DNA from: Octopus sinensis
Lineage: Eukaryota
Direction: 5' to 3'
Assembly: GCF_006345805.1 (NCBI RefSeq)
Contig: NC_043004.1
Span: 75,640,001-75,704,000, forward strand
DNA: 64,000 nucleotides
The notes below the pieces were generated by a model. The model was not told where the DNA came from. It saw only the letters and a list, made by a program, of their open reading frames with translations, and did no database searches. The stretch's first letter is position 1, and every line of letters starts with the position of its first letter. This document shows, piece by piece, positions 47,906-62,399 of this stretch. Position numbers and translations under genes: made by a program.

Positions 47906-50900
47906 GGGTACAGCCATTAATTTAAAACTCCAGTGTAAAGTGATTTCCAAAAATTCAAAATGTGAAATTAGAATGAACTGATTTCTTTGTACCCAGATGA
48001 TAAACAATGTAAAAAAAAAAAAAAACATATTTTCCTAGGCATAGCTATGTAGTTATGAAGCTTGCATTGCAACCACATGGTTACAGGTTCAGTTCTACTG
48101 CATGGCACCTCGGACAAAGTGAGCGCTACTATAACCAAACAAAACCACACAAGTGAAAATGTGTGGAAGCATATCTATGTGTTTTTGTATTTATCCCTAC
48201 CACACTACTTGACTATATGTGTTAGGTCATTTGTTCCCATAACTTAGAGGCTCAGCAAAAGAGATTGATACAATAGGTACTATACTTAAAAATAGATATT
48301 GGGGTCAATTTGTTGACTAAATACTTCAAGGTAGTGTCCAAGTATGGCCAGTGCAATGACCAAAACAAGGAAAAGAGAAAAGATCCCCATTATCCCCAGG
48401 AAATTAACTCCAGATAACATTGGCATCAGATTTTCATTTTACAAAAATCCATTCGAATGAAATATCAATGATAAATGCTTTTGTTCAAGCAATATGCTTA
48501 TATGATGCAAATGGGCAAAAATGTAATGCAATCTGCAACTATCTTGAGTAAAGTGAACAAACATTGCGAAAAGAAATATCTAAATTGTGATACTACAACT
48601 TGCCAAAACATAACTGCAGATTTTCTTCAACTGGAAACAGTCAAATACTACAATATGTATTAAATGTAAAAGCAACAGTTTCTTTAGTCAAAAAGAAACA
48701 TCAACTTTTCCTGGCTCGCATGAGTCAAATGGAATTTGCTGAGGCCAATTTTCTATGGCCAGATACCCTTTTTGTCACCAACCCTCACCAGTTTCCAAGC
48801 AAAATAATCATCATCATTGTTGTCGTTTAATGTTCGCTTTTCATGCTGGCATGGGGTAGACAGTTTGACTGAGGACTGGTGAGCCAGAAGGTTGCACCAG
48901 GCTCCAATCTGATCTGGCAAAGTTTCTACAGCTGGATGCCCTTCCTAACGCCAACCACTCCGAGAGTGTAGTGGGTGCTTTTACAAGCCACCGGCATAAG
49001 GGCCACTCAGGCAGTACTGGCAACGATCACGTTCAAAAAGTGTTTTTTACATGCCACCTGCATGGGAGACAGTCCAGCAGCACTGGCAATGACCATGCTC
49101 GAATGTTGTTTTTCACATGCCACCAGCACATGTGCCAGTAAGGCGACGCTTGCAACAATCATGCTTGAATGGGGCTTTTTTACATGCCACCAGCCCTTGC
49201 AATGATCACGCTCAGATGATGCTTTTAACATTCCACTGTCACAAGTGCCAATTAGGCAGTACTGTCATCGGCCACCCCATCATCAGATATGTTTTCCCCA
49301 CACAAGACTGGAAACAAACAACTTTGTGTATATGACGGTGATGCTCGTTTACAAACATTTACATGACATCAAGATAAGATTATACAGACACACACACATT
49401 TATATTAAAGTTAGAACATGTCTGGCCATCAGGAAAAACCACCATGCTTGGAAACAAGCAAGGGTTAGCAACAAACCATTGAAATTCTGCCTCAATAAAC
49501 TCCATCCAACTCATCCAAGCATGGAAAATGGACATCAAAAATAATGATATATGTGTATTCGAGTGTGCACTTGACTGGCTCCCATGCCTGTGGCACATAT
49601 AAGCACATGCACTATATACATTTATTCTTTGCTCGTTTATTACTGTTCTTATTCTAACTCATGTCCATTGTCTAGAAATCTTCCGCCACACATCTGTCAC
49701 CTCAGCAACACACACACATATATATATAGCAGGCTTCTTTTAGTCATCCTGTAGCATATCCACTCACAAGGTTTTGCTTGTCCCAGACTATAGTAGAAGA
49801 AACTTGCCCAAGGTACCGCAATCTACACCAACACCTATTTAGACGATTTCTAATTCAGATTTTTAAACTCCTTATTGCAGAACTAATATTGGTTTGTTTT
49901 GACTAGGCACCAAAACATATTTCTGGAGGAGAAAACCAAGAGTCAAGTATTTCCCAAGAACATTATTAGTAAACATGTTTATGAAATGGCATCAACTAGC
50001 AAAAAAGATGAATATTAGACAAGGACCATAATACTTCTCTAGCTTACCACTCACCATTATTATCCCCATCGTTTCAACATCCACTGTTTCATGCTTGCAT
50101 GGGTCAGATGGAATTTTACTGAGGTAGATTTTCTACAGCTGGATGCCTTTCGTCATCATCATCATCAAAGATCAGTTTTACATGCTGGCATGAGTTGGAT
50201 CGTTTGACAGAAGCTTGCAAGCCAGAGGGCTGCACCAGTCGCTAATTGTCTGTTTTAGCATGGTTTCTATGGCTGGATGTATACTTTACAGAGTGCACTG
50301 GGTGCTTTTTATGTGGTACCAACCTGATATCAACCTTTACCAGTTTCCAAGCAACATAATATTTCTCCATGGCTACACATCTAGCAAAATATTGGAAATG
50401 ATTGACATTGACGCAACAAGTCAAGACAAACACACACACACACATGCATGCATGTCTGAATATATGAAACAGGCTTTTTCATTTTGTTCTACTAAATCCA
50501 CTCACAGGGCTGTAACAGATGACAGCCCTGGGCTATACAAGAAAACTAGCCTATGGTGCCAATATTATGACAAATATGAAATGAAAAAAAAAATAGTATA
50601 AAAGTTACCAACTACACTACATCAACTATGAAGATACAAAAATTCTGGAAAATACTAATTATGAGAACAAACATTGAAACATATTACCATTCTTATATAA
50701 GGACTATATGTTTAAGAGATGTAAGATATTTATAGAAATTAGCTGAAGTATTGTGGAAAGTAAGTTGCTACATAGAGAAAGAAATGTTCCAACAATTGCA
50801 GACAACAGACAGACAATGGTGCCATCAGTACCATTCAATTCTGTTTTGTTGCCGAGGTTAAACTCCACTCATCGTCAGAAATACTTTAAACTTTTGATTA

Positions 50901-51685
50901 GAGACAAGATTTCAGTTTTTCTAAAAATACAACCATCTCAACAGAGATTAACAGCAAATGTGAAGCTAATAACAAAATTAAATATTGCTAAATGGCGGTT
51001 AAAATGTTTTCTGCATCTGGAAAATACTTCTAAATATATTCAATGTAAACAACAAAAGAAATGACACAAAATCCTCTAACAAGTACTGTAAAAGTGGTCC
51101 CTATTTAAACCAACCAGATAGCACTATGCATTACACACCATACATAAATATATATATGTATATATATATATATATGTATGTATTACCAGCACCGTCTTAC
51201 TGGCACCTGTGCCGGTGGAATGTATAAAAGGATTCGAGCGAGGTCATTGCTAGTACTGCCTTACTGGCCCCCGTGCCGGTGGCATGTAAAAAGCACCCAC
51301 TACACTCTCAGAGTGGTTGGCGTTAGGAAGGGCATCCAACTGTAGAAACTGCCAGATCAAGATTGGAGCCTTGTGCAAACATCTGGTTCGCCAGCCCTCA
51401 GTCAAAATCGTCCAACCCATGCTAGCATGGAAAGCGGACGTTAAACGATGATGATATATAGTCAATCCAAACAGGAACAAGCAAGAAAAAACAACAACGT
51501 GAGGACATGGAATAAGTACAGTGTTACTGGACACTCAGGAAAGAAAGAGGATTTCACGTTTTGAGCAGAGCTCTTCATCAGATATATAGAAAAAGTCCAA
51601 AGAAAGGAAGACGGAGAAGAAAATCGCCAACGATACACATGCAGTCACATACTGGAAAAAAAAATAAAATACACACACACACATC

Positions 51686-52130
51686 CAGGGTGTTTGAGCT
51701 AAATTGGACAGTTTGTAGAAAAAGAGTAGAAAAATAACATACAAAAATAAAAGCCTTTTAAAAAAAAACCAAAAAATATCAACTAGATTATGGCTAGAGA
51801 GTTTGTTAAAGTAGCAGCCCTCAGCTTCCCCAATGGCTCTGAGACAACTCCAAAATCTGGCGCATGCATTCTTCACTGTGTTCCCAGGCAGATCTTTAAA
51901 TACCTCTTTGATCTTGGCCACCAGCTCGGTCTTGGTACAGCAGGCAAAGCCACTCAATCGCATCCCATACATAGTAATTCCATGGGTTAGAATCAGAGTA
52001 ATAAGGGTGCAAGAAACTCAGGCCCTTTTCAAGGGTGAGGGGCAGCATGATGTCACCCTCACAACTCTTTCCCAACATTCACATGGCCTCCATTTCTCCA
52101 TGTCACCTAACTTTTTATCTCAACTACAAA
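51686..52130 (-). mobile_element. Degenerate Tc1/mariner (maT-like) transposase 3' end with TIR
   Basis: cagggtgtttgagc TIR; DSNPWNYYVWDAIE and TKTELVAKIKEVFKDLPGNTVKNACARF...EAEGCYF. Confidence 0.72.
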
Positions 52131-52238
52131 TTTAATCTCTCCAATGCCAATAACTGTTCAATACATTAAGTTATTTAAAAAAAGGAGACAAAAAAATCAT
52201 CAAATTTAGTCCAAACATCTTGTGTGTGTGTGTGTATA

Positions 52239-52285
<47 letters not shown>

Positions 52286-52287
<2 letters not shown>

Positions 52288-52530
52288 TCATCACCATTTA
52301 ACTTCTGCTTTCTATGCTGACATGGGTTGGATGGTTTGACTGAGGGCTGGTGAGCCAGAAGGCTGCACCAGTCTCCAATCTGATCTGGCAAAGTTTCTAC
52401 AACTGGATGCCCTTCCATAGAAACTTTGCCAGATCAGAGTGGAGACTGGTGCTGCCTTCTGGCTCGCCAATCCTCAGTCAAACCATTCAATCCATACCAA
52501 CATGGAAAGCGGACGTCAAACGATGATGAT
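52286..52530. repeat. Foldback of two RTE-tail copies (arms about 115 bp, loop about 18 nt)
   Basis: ...gatctggcaaagtttcta caactggatgcccttcca tagaaactttgccagatc..., with catcatc and gatgatg tails at the outer ends. Confidence 0.85.
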
Positions 52531-52554
52531 CTAAATATATATATATATAATATA

Positions 52555-53240
52555 CAGGGTGCAGTGAATATATTGTCAACTAAATTACACAAAAACGAAA
52601 CTAACACTAATATCTCATATTAGCAGATATATTTACAAAAATTACATAAAAATATCTTGAAATACTAAAGAGTAAATTTATTCAATAAAATTGACAATGA
52701 CTTCAACCACAGCCTCCAGACTACTTCGGAATCTGCAACTTTTCTGGACAGTCTCCTTGTTTAAGTTGGTGAATGCTGCCATAATCTTTGACTTGGTGTT
52801 AAAAGAGCTTTTGTTGGTCTCTTGCTCAAATGCACCCCATACATGGCTGCAGATATCTGACAGCCATGACTGGGTTCTGCTTGTGTGGAATGGTGCAGAG
52901 TCACACATAGGGTCTTCCAGCAGCCATCCTTTTGACTCAGGATAGTACTACTTCCTACAGGTACTTGATGTAGGCCTCTGTGTTGAGTCTGAGGCTGTGT
53001 GGGAAGATGGAGGCATAACATCGCCATCACTAGCAATCCACTCCAAACACCATGATGATGACTGAGTGTTTGATTTTTATCACTCTCAGTACATGTCCTC
53101 AGATTGACACTCAAACTCGCTGAAACGCTCATATTGGAGCTTCCAGCACAAATGCAAAGCAGTACAGCAGGTTGTTTCCAAATTTCTGGGAGAGTAAATT
53201 GCGCCATGGTGATGTTTTTCTCACAGACTGTGCCCAACTG
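52555..53240 (-). mobile_element. Degenerate Tc1/mariner (maT/DD37D-like) transposase remnant with TIR
   Basis: TA|cagggtg TIR; broken frames IMVFGV..SDGDVMPP..LRLNTEAYIKYL, DSAPFHTSRTQSWLS and VWGAFEQETNK...FRSSLEAVVE. Confidence 0.75.
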
Positions 53241-54319
53241 ACCCTACTATACTGTGTAGTCGACAAAATCAAAAACAATAATGCACATGTGCGAAATCAA
53301 AAATATAAAATGGCGACAATTTACCCATCAAACCCTGTGTGTGTGTGTGTGTGTGTGTGTATAACGTAATCCTCATTTAATGTCCATTTTCCATGTTGGT
53401 ATGGACTGGATGGTTTGGAAGGAGCCAATAAACAAGCTCCAGTATCTATGTTGGTATGGTTTCTATGAATGGCTGCTCTTCCTAATGCCAACTATTTTCC
53501 AGAGTGTAATGGATGCTCTTTACACGACAACAGCACTAGTAAGGTCATAGTAACTTGAAAGACAAAACCCCTCAACAGAGCTGGGTATAGTATTGAGGGA
53601 TGTGGCTTTACGTCAGGTGATGAGAAGTTGAAATATTACAGGACAGAAATAGGTGTCTTGGAAGAGGTAGCTAGGTATATCATCATCGTTTAATGTCCGC
53701 TTTCCATGCTAGCATGGGGTGGACGATTTGACTGAGGTCTGGCGAACCAGATGGCTGCACCAGGCTCCAATCTGATCTCGCAGTGTTTCTACAGCTGGAT
53801 GCCCTTCCTAACGCCAACCACTCCGAAAGTGTAGTGGGTGCTTTTACGTGCCACCGGCACAAAGGCCAGTCCAGTGGCACTGGCAACAACCTCACTCGAA
53901 TGTTTTTTCACGTGCCACCAGCACAAGTGCTAGTAAGGCGACGCAGGTAACGATCACGCTCGAATGGTGTTTTTAACATGCCGTCTTTTGAAATTCACTT
54001 TTCCATACTAACATGTGGTAGACGTATTTTATAGCAAGTTTTTTACAACTGGATAATATGAACAGTTCAAAGGGTGGACAAGTTTTCATGGAATGTTGTA
54101 AATAAAGATATTGGTGCATACAAGGCTGCATTGCTTCTGCACAGGTTCAGTCCCACTGCAGGGTATCTTGGGCAAGTGTCTTCTACTACAACACGAGCCA
54201 AGCAAAGCAACAAAGGGTCTCTTCCACTGAGTGAAGGGCAGATTGTATGGTGCAAAGTGCAATACTACTGGCAGTGAGATATGATGGGCTTTGAATGCAA
54301 AAGGATTTGCAAAGATGGA

Positions 54320-54600
54320 AAAGAAATAAAGCAAGCATACTTTGCTGGAGGTGTAATGGTTGTGTGCATGAACAATGCAATACAAACAACTGCAACGAAA
54401 AGATGTCTGTAAGAAGAGTGAGATAAAGTGTGCAAGAGAGAAGACTGCTTCAGTGTAGGCATGTGATGCATATGACATCAGCTGCATAAAAAAGTGCTGA
54501 GCACTCAAAGTGGACAGAACCTGTAGAAGAGCAAGATTTAGAAAGACAGATGACCCTGGCAAAAACTGATCTCAAGATGTTGAACCTCATAAAAAAAAAT
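54320..54600 (+). mobile_element. Old degenerate copy of the 41-43 kb RTE family (RT C-terminus)
   Basis: Decayed match to SVQERRLxxxGHVMxM..SCIKKCxALKVDxTCxRxRxRKT..KTDLKMLNL. Confidence 0.55.
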
Positions 54601-56643
54601 ATGATAATTGGTAACGGGTAGCGCAAGGGAAAACTTGTACTGTCATGCTTGTACTTGAGGTGACATTCACCTGAGGGAGGTTGAGCCATCTCCAACAAAT
54701 AAGTTTACCATGTCCATCACAAATGCTTAACACATCCAATGGTCAGCTGCAGTCGAGATTATAATAGATACCCACTCCCAGTTCCATTGCTTAAGACTGT
54801 AGATGTAAGGACCCAATCATGCTTCCATGTCTGCCTTTCCTAGCTATGTCTTCAGCTGACCTCCTGTTTGTTTGCACCAACCTGGGAAGTGAACCAGGTT
54901 GACCACCTTGTGAATGAATTCCCCCAGAATGCTAACTTAGAATACAGGCAAGCCACCTTAGACATCTTGTAAGCAGAGCTTGCAGGGAGCTGATGCAGCG
55001 GCAATGTCATATTTTGGGGTTCAAAGAAGTCCAATGGGCCAACACACAGAATTCAACACAGGCAGTAGTGGTCGAACACTTTGAGTTTCCAGAGATCTTC
55101 TCTCATACCAGAGAGGAAGCTAAAACAAGTAGTGTTTTACTTACTAAGACATTTGCTGCATTCATCCTCTGCTCCTTATCACCTCTATGATAACCCCTGC
55201 TTCTTTTTCATTGCCCTCACTGCATTCATCCTTAGTTCCTCCACCCTGTTTCTCCCTACTTCAACACCCTCCCATTACCTTCTCCCTGCCTCCCACCAAA
55301 CTCCAAAACTAGTGCATGTTCTCCTTTGTCAGCACCTGATGATTCAGTTTCCCCTGCCCTCATATCCTTAATCAACTTCTAACCCATAAAACTGTCAACT
55401 TCCAATACCTGATCCTTCTGTTGACTCACTGAGTACAGCCTGTGTCCTTCACACATATTTTCATCCTTTTATCATCTTTTACACTTGTTTCAGTCACTGG
55501 ACTGCAGCCATTCCAGGGCACCACCTGGAAGGGTTTTTAGCCAAACCCATTCACAAAGACAAAAACACATACACATATATGTGCCTGTGTGTATACACAC
55601 ACACATATATGTACATACACAACAGGTTTCACTCAGTCTCCATCTATCAAATTCATTCACCAGGTACCAGCCAGAGGAGACTATAGAACAAGACACCTGC
55701 TCATGGTGCTACACATTGGGACTGAACCCAAAACTATATGGTTGCAAAGTAAGCCTCTTAACCTCACAGCTATGCTTGCTCTTATGGTCATAACCTCATT
55801 TGTCACTGATCTGGACTAACACAGTACACCCAACTGTGAACCAACGTTACACCTATCACTGTTTGATTTGTGATAAGACTATGATTTTGATTGTACCACA
55901 AAAACATGTCCCAGCGACCACCCATAATGCACCAACTGCCACTTCTGTGTACGTGACCATGTTGCAAGGGTGTATACTTTTTATATGGATTTACATATTT
56001 GTACCTATCAACGTAGAACTAGAGAAAAAAATACAAAAGTATTTTATCCTCACAAACATTAAAGATGTATTCTGTAGGGGAAAAGGTGGAGATCATCATA
56101 ATCATCATCGACGTCGTCATCGTTTAACATCTGCTTTCCATGCTGGCATGGGTTGAATGGTTTGACTGAGGACTGCCAAGCCAAAAGGCTGTACCAGGCT
56201 CCAATCTGATCTGGCAAGGTTTCTACAGCTGGATGCCCTTCGTAACACCAACTACTCTGAGAGTGCAGTTGGTGCTTTTTACATCCACTGGCACAAGGCC
56301 CAGTTAGGCGGCACTGGCAACGACCACATTCGAATAGTGCTTTTTACGTGCCACCAGCATGGGAGCCAGTCAGGTGGCACTGGCATCAACCTCACTCAAA
56401 TGGTGCTTTTTACATGTCACTGGCACCAGTCAGGCGGTACTGGCATCATCCATGACAATGGCTTTACTTGATTCAACAGGTCTTCACAAGCACAGTTTAT
56501 TGCCCAATGATTGAAGGGTACTCTAAAATGGGCCGGTTATGGTCCCACTTGGCTTGCCGGGTCTTCTCAAGCAGATGATCAAAATATATGTGACAATGGA
56601 AGCTTCACTGTTGTGAGCCCCAAATCTAGTGTCAGTGAATCTA

Positions 56644-57206
56644 CAAGGGTGAATCAAAAAGTAATGCCATTTTGTTTAGGACAGGTATAATTACCAACAC
56701 AGGAACATGTATCATACATCAAAATGAAGCTGGTCCTCTGTGGATCACATCCCTACTTCAACATAGTTACCATTTCTCACAATAGCAATTTCCACCTTCG
56801 AATGAGAGCATGTATCCCTACCCCGTTAATTTCTGTTGAGTGTTCTTTGGGCCACTTCTTCACTACAGTTTTCAATTCCTTGTCACTGCAATAATTTAGC
56901 GCCTTCAGACTATCATCTCTTTGGCCCCGTGAAAAAGGGTTTGAGAGGCAAACATTATTCCAGTAATGAGGAAGTCAAAACTGTAGTGAAGAAGTGGCTC
57001 AAAGAACAGTCAACAGAAATATACGGGGCAGGGATACATGCCCTCATTCGAAGATGGAACATCGCTATTGTGAGAAATGGTAACTATGTTGAAGTAGGGA
57101 TGTGATCCACAGAGGACCAGCTTCATTTTGATGTATGATACATATTCCTGTGTTGGTAATTATACCTGTCCTAAAGAAAATGGCATCACTTTTTGACTCA
57201 CCCTTG
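56644..57206. mobile_element. Mariner-derived foldback: two 3' transposase/TIR halves in inverted orientation
   Basis: TA flanks; arms 56644-56888 and 56961-57206. The plus frame reads LAPSDYHLFGPVKKGLRGKHYSSNEEVKTVVKKWL...ALIRRWNIAIVRNGNYVE (mariner C-terminus). Confidence 0.9.
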
Positions 57207-57482
57207 TACCATTCAATCCATTTATGAAGTATAGGGAGGTGATTTATTCATCAGTTTTTTTGGGGGGGGAACCAAACCCGATAAACAAGGACGTACATGC
57301 CTACTGCACCCAGAAGAATTTGTAACTGTATCTATTGTTGAGAGAGACTTGTGTTTTATATTGACTACATGCCAAGAAAACCTATACATTTTCACTCTAC
57401 CTGCTAGAAACAGCAGCTAAATTTCTCTAAAATCACATGCTACAATGTTAAAAACTGAAAGGCCATATTGGACAGTATAGAC

Positions 57483-57700
57483 CAGTGGTTCTCAACCAAA
57501 GTCCAGATTTTCTTGTTAAAATTTATCTGCAACAAATTGGTTAATACATCGAATATTTCAATGATTTTTTTAATACAATTCCTAATAATATTTAATCATG
57601 AAAAAATAGAGTATTTTAAACATCAAATGGCTATCAGGCTCCACACAAGTGAAACCAGGACCACAGGGTTCTACAGATGTTATTTGGTTAGGAACCACTG
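57483..57700. mobile_element. hAT (Charlie-like) MITE
   Basis: 15-bp TIR cagtggttctcaacc / ggttaggaaccactg; flanks gtatagac / atatagat (6/8 match). Confidence 0.78.
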
Positions 57701-57933
57701 ATATAGATCCTGATATCCAAAATGACAGGATGGTCATGGCTGGAACATTATTGGCTGATGCAAGTCTAAACAAAATAGTTGCCAGGATTTGCAGGAAGAA
57801 GAAATTTAACAAACCACCATCCTACCATCCCACCTACTCACTGATTGCTGATATTTAAGCATGATACAAACCTAGCACTTATTACACAGCAAATGACTAA
57901 TTGCTCAACTCTTTAGCATTTAATCTGGCCATA

Positions 57934-58120
57934 CCCTGTGCCGGTGGCACGTAAAAAGCACCCACTACACTCACGGAGTGGTTGGCGTTAGGAAGGGCAT
58001 CCAACTGTAGAAACACTGCCAGATCAGACTAGAGCCTGGTGTAGCCTCCTGGCTTCCCAGACCCCAGTCGAACCGTCCAACCCATGCTAGCACGGAAAAT
58101 GGACGTTAAACGATGATGAT
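57934..58120 (+). mobile_element. RTE-tail repeat (truncated LINE or partner SINE). Many more copies, e.g. 12061-12496, 29245-29760, 37305-37680, 48820-49260, 51187-51455, 53683-53985 and 56110-56570
   Basis: gtgccggtggcacgtaaaaagcacccactacactc..ggttggcgttaggaagggcatcc..ggacgttaaacgatgatgat matches the 3' UTR of the LINE at 41177-41762. Confidence 0.88.
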
Positions 58121-61100
58121 ATCTAGCCTAAATATTCAATTTGTTTTATGTTCAAACTAATCAGGTCTGACCTCTCACACATACCCGACAATGTCATTCT
58201 AAAAGTAAACAATCATATCTTTGAAATTTCAAATCACCAGATAAAGTGTGATTAATTTAAAACAAAATGAATAAATAAGCATGTAATCTGAATGCTTAAG
58301 GGTTCAAGTGGAATCTGAGGAATCTAAGTCTTGGGCCAGTAAAAAACAATAACTTTCACTTGTTTCAGTCATTAGACTGTGGTCAAGCTGGGGCAATGCC
58401 TTTGAAGAATTTTATGCTATCAGATTCTTTTGCCAAAGTTACAGGGACATAAACACACCAACACTGGTTGTCAAGCAGTGGTGTGAAACAAACAAACACA
58501 GACATAAAGTCACACCCATACACACAACAGGCTTCTTTCAGTTTCCATCTACCAAATTCACTCACAAGGTTTTCGTAGAAGATACTTGCCCAAGGTGCCA
58601 TGCTGTGGGACTGAACCGAGAACCATGTTGTTTGGAAGCAAACTTCTTACCACTCAGCTATGAAATAAATTCAACGTTTTGAACAGAATTATTATTATTA
58701 TTATTATTTAGGTCCTAGCATGGAATTGAACTCAGAATCTTGGGGTTAAGAGAGCGGGCTACTAACCCCAAAATTCCAAGTTCAATTCTAGGCTGGGACC
58801 TAAAGAATTCTTTTGTCGGGGGAGATGAAATGTCAACTGATTTTGCAGGATAAATATATCAGTGAAGAAGAAAGGAAACCAACAAATGGTAGTTGGTAGA
58901 GGAGGTATTTGTCCGAGCAGAGAGCACAGGGTCCATAGCACAAGAACGTAAACTCTACTTTCATAATTGAAATAGGTCACTAAATTGTTAGATACCGTAT
59001 CAATCTGTCAGCAATCCCATTGCAATTATTCTCTGCAATGACTATAAAGTATAAAATTTCTTACTTCCTACAATAAAATTTCATAATCATCCTCATCATT
59101 TAACATCTGCTTTCCTTGCTAGCATGGATTAGACAGTTTGATGGGAGCTGGCAAGCATCAGGCTCAAATTGTCTATTTTGGCGAGCTTTCTACAGCTGGA
59201 TGCTCTTCTAACGCCAACCACTTTACAGAGTGTACCAGGTGCTCTTCACATGGCATCAGCTCAATTAAATGATGCAAAATATACAGAGCTCAACCATACT
59301 TTTGATCACATATCTGTCCAACCATGTCTTGACCTGGGATAAATAACTTAGTTTCTTATCTCATAAAACACCTCCCAATCATTGTTAGTTGATTTATTGT
59401 AAACTTTCCTCTTCATCTTTCTGATAAATATGATGCAGCCAGTACTTATTCTATCGGTATCTTTTTCCGAACCGCTAAGTTATGGGGACGCAAACACACC
59501 AGCATCGGTTGTCAGGCGATGTTGGGGGGGGGGGGCAAACACAGAACACATACATATAATATGTACATATACAACAGGCTTCTTTCAGTTTCCGTCCACC
59601 AAATCCACTCACAAGTCTTTGGGCGGCCCGAGGCTATAGTAGAAGACACTTGCCCAAGGTGCCACGCAGTGGGACTGAACCCGGAAACATGTGGTTGGTA
59701 AGCAAGCTACTTACCACACAGCTACTCCTGCGCCTATTTATTCATCTCAGATAACAATGACAAGCTTTAAAACAAAATATGCATATACCCTCACGAGATT
59801 TCTGAATTGAAATTCTTGCAAAAACACCATTTATGAAAAATATTAAAAAAAGATTAATTAAAAAGATATGGCTATAAGTAATCCAGTACATTATATCGCA
59901 AATATTTACAGGATCAAAGAAATATATTTGATAGAATTTCTAACACCATAAAGCAGGAGAAACTGACCCTAAATATATTTAGTCTTAATTTTGGGGAAAT
60001 ATTTCCAAGACAAAATGTGGCATCTTAGTTAAAATCTTTACTGCAGTCAGAAACCATGCCTATTGCTATTTTTAACCGGACGGTATGAATATCTGAAATT
60101 AATCCTTTGATGGCTTAAATTTGGGAAATGATATATAAAACCTACAACAATATTTGATTACTTCTTGTGCATATTAACCACTACCAATACAACCGTAAGC
60201 ATGTATCGCTGAGATAGCAGGGAAACAGAATGAGACTCAACGAAGCCAAAAAGGCGAAGCACATGTCTCTTCAAAATTCTTTTGACATTGTTACTGTCAC
60301 AATGTTTTAAACTCTTCACAAAAAAGTAAACATCAAACAAAATTGAAGTAGTAAAACCAGCCTGATTAACAATTTCAGGAAATTTCAACTGAGATATAAT
60401 TAATTTTCTTTTCTTTAATGTGAAAACAAGTTGGAATTTTTAGTGCTTGGTTTTACAGAGTTAATTCCCTTGCATTTTCTTCCGTCTTGTCTGAACAGCA
60501 AATATTTGAGTAAAGCGGGCACCTAACACATGTATAAAACAAACCGTATTCTTTCCTAATAACACAGAAATATATTTTCAAATAAAATATTTAAAGACAA
60601 AAATACTACAAACAAGATTCAAGCTATAGTAAATTGAAAAATTCTCAAATAATCGCTACATTTATTTTCAGAAACGATAAAAACATAGACCACTGGTTTT
60701 TATTTTCTACTTTTTCCTTCTCTTAATCAGCATCAATTATTACCTATTCGTGAAAGATATAAGCAACATAAACGGAGAATGAAATCTGAACACAATTTAA
60801 TCTTCGGTATTTATACTTGAAGCACGAGGACGAAACGACTTCATCTTGTTCCTTATCATGGTATCCTACTTCCTACTAGAAGAGCAGTCCATTTTTTTTT
60901 TTTTTTAAGGAACACAATAATTGGTAAAGATAGTTTACAAGGAACATTCAAATGAAGCATTAAGCAGTGCATCTAAAAGCTTTCTTGCTTCCTACAGACG
61001 GGTTTCAAAATCTAAAATACATAACTATGGTATACAGCATTTACTCAAGGTTTTCTAAACTGCAGCATAACTATACGCACGCACACACACACACACACAA

Positions 61101-62399
61101 AAGTAAAATATTCAAAATAGTTAATTTATAAACTCGTATACATTTATGAATGTTTTATACATTCCTTTCTCAAACCATTCAAAGAAATAACGGTATTTAA
61201 CCAACACAGTTATTTTTCTAAAATAACCATTCAAAATTTAAGCCATTGATCTCAATTAAAAATAGAAAGAGATCGTATACGAGAAAATAACGTAAATGTT
61301 TTGTATATCCGGTTGTTCTATTTTTCATAGTAATAAATGCAATTAACGCTTTACTACTTCCACATACAATGAAAAATATTTCAGGAAGTGTTGATTTATT
61401 TACATAAAAAGCACACAACCTCAATTTAGGGGATAAAGGGCAGTCGATTACATCGATCCCCACTCCATTATCTTTTATCGACTTCAGAATGATGTAAGGC
61501 AAAGTTCACCTCGTCCAACTCATTAACGAAAACAGCCAGAACAAATATCACAAAGCATTTTATCCGTCAATCATGGTTATGCCAATCACACTCACACATG
61601 TATAAATTTAATTAGGGTACTTCTATCACAAAATTTAATCTATAATTCCTCCTCATACCTCAATTTCAATATATATATATATATGTATGTATGTATCCTC
61701 CGGGTCAGCACGTCACCGGAGACCTTGTCTTAGGACCTCGTAATTTGAAAAACCAGGACACACCCACATTCCCAAACTTCGTATAAACTATGTTCCAATG
61801 TTTATTATTTATATTGGGCCAGCACTGATTGTCGATTGTATCGATTCCAGTATTTACTTTATCGACATCGAAACGTGACTGGAAGACAACTAGGCTAAAT
61901 CGGGGTTCGGATTCAAACAGTAAAGGGACATAACCAAATGGCACGCAAGTGTTTCTGTCAGATGCTCTACAGATTCTGCCATACACAACAACTTGGATCG
62001 ATGAATAAATGAAATCCGGGGGGAAAATTCAATCTAATCAGCTATATAGCATCTCCCTCAAAATGGCTGGCCTTTTGCCTGTATTAGAAATTATTCTATG
62101 TAATATAGAAATACACTGAACCAGCCGATAGTGTATGTAATTTTGTTTGTCTTGAGACCTAGCCAAAATATAAATGGAGTTTTTACCGAGGTAAACGGAA
62201 AGACAGAGGAGATAAAGAAACTGAATGAAAAAGACATGTCAACAGAAAACCTATTGCAGAATAAAACTAATAGCGTCTTAAGAATACGTCTCAATCAAGC
62301 ATCAAAATTCGTTCTCTCGCTAGTTTATAAGCTTCATTCATATTTATAGTATATACGATCGTAATTATATGTGTAGTAATATAATAGGATCGTTAATGA

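Noticed and set aside
60158-60388. 76-aa minus-strand ORF near the putative promoter as a mitochondrial-targeting first exon
   Set aside because: No convincing phase-0 donor and no recognisable homology.
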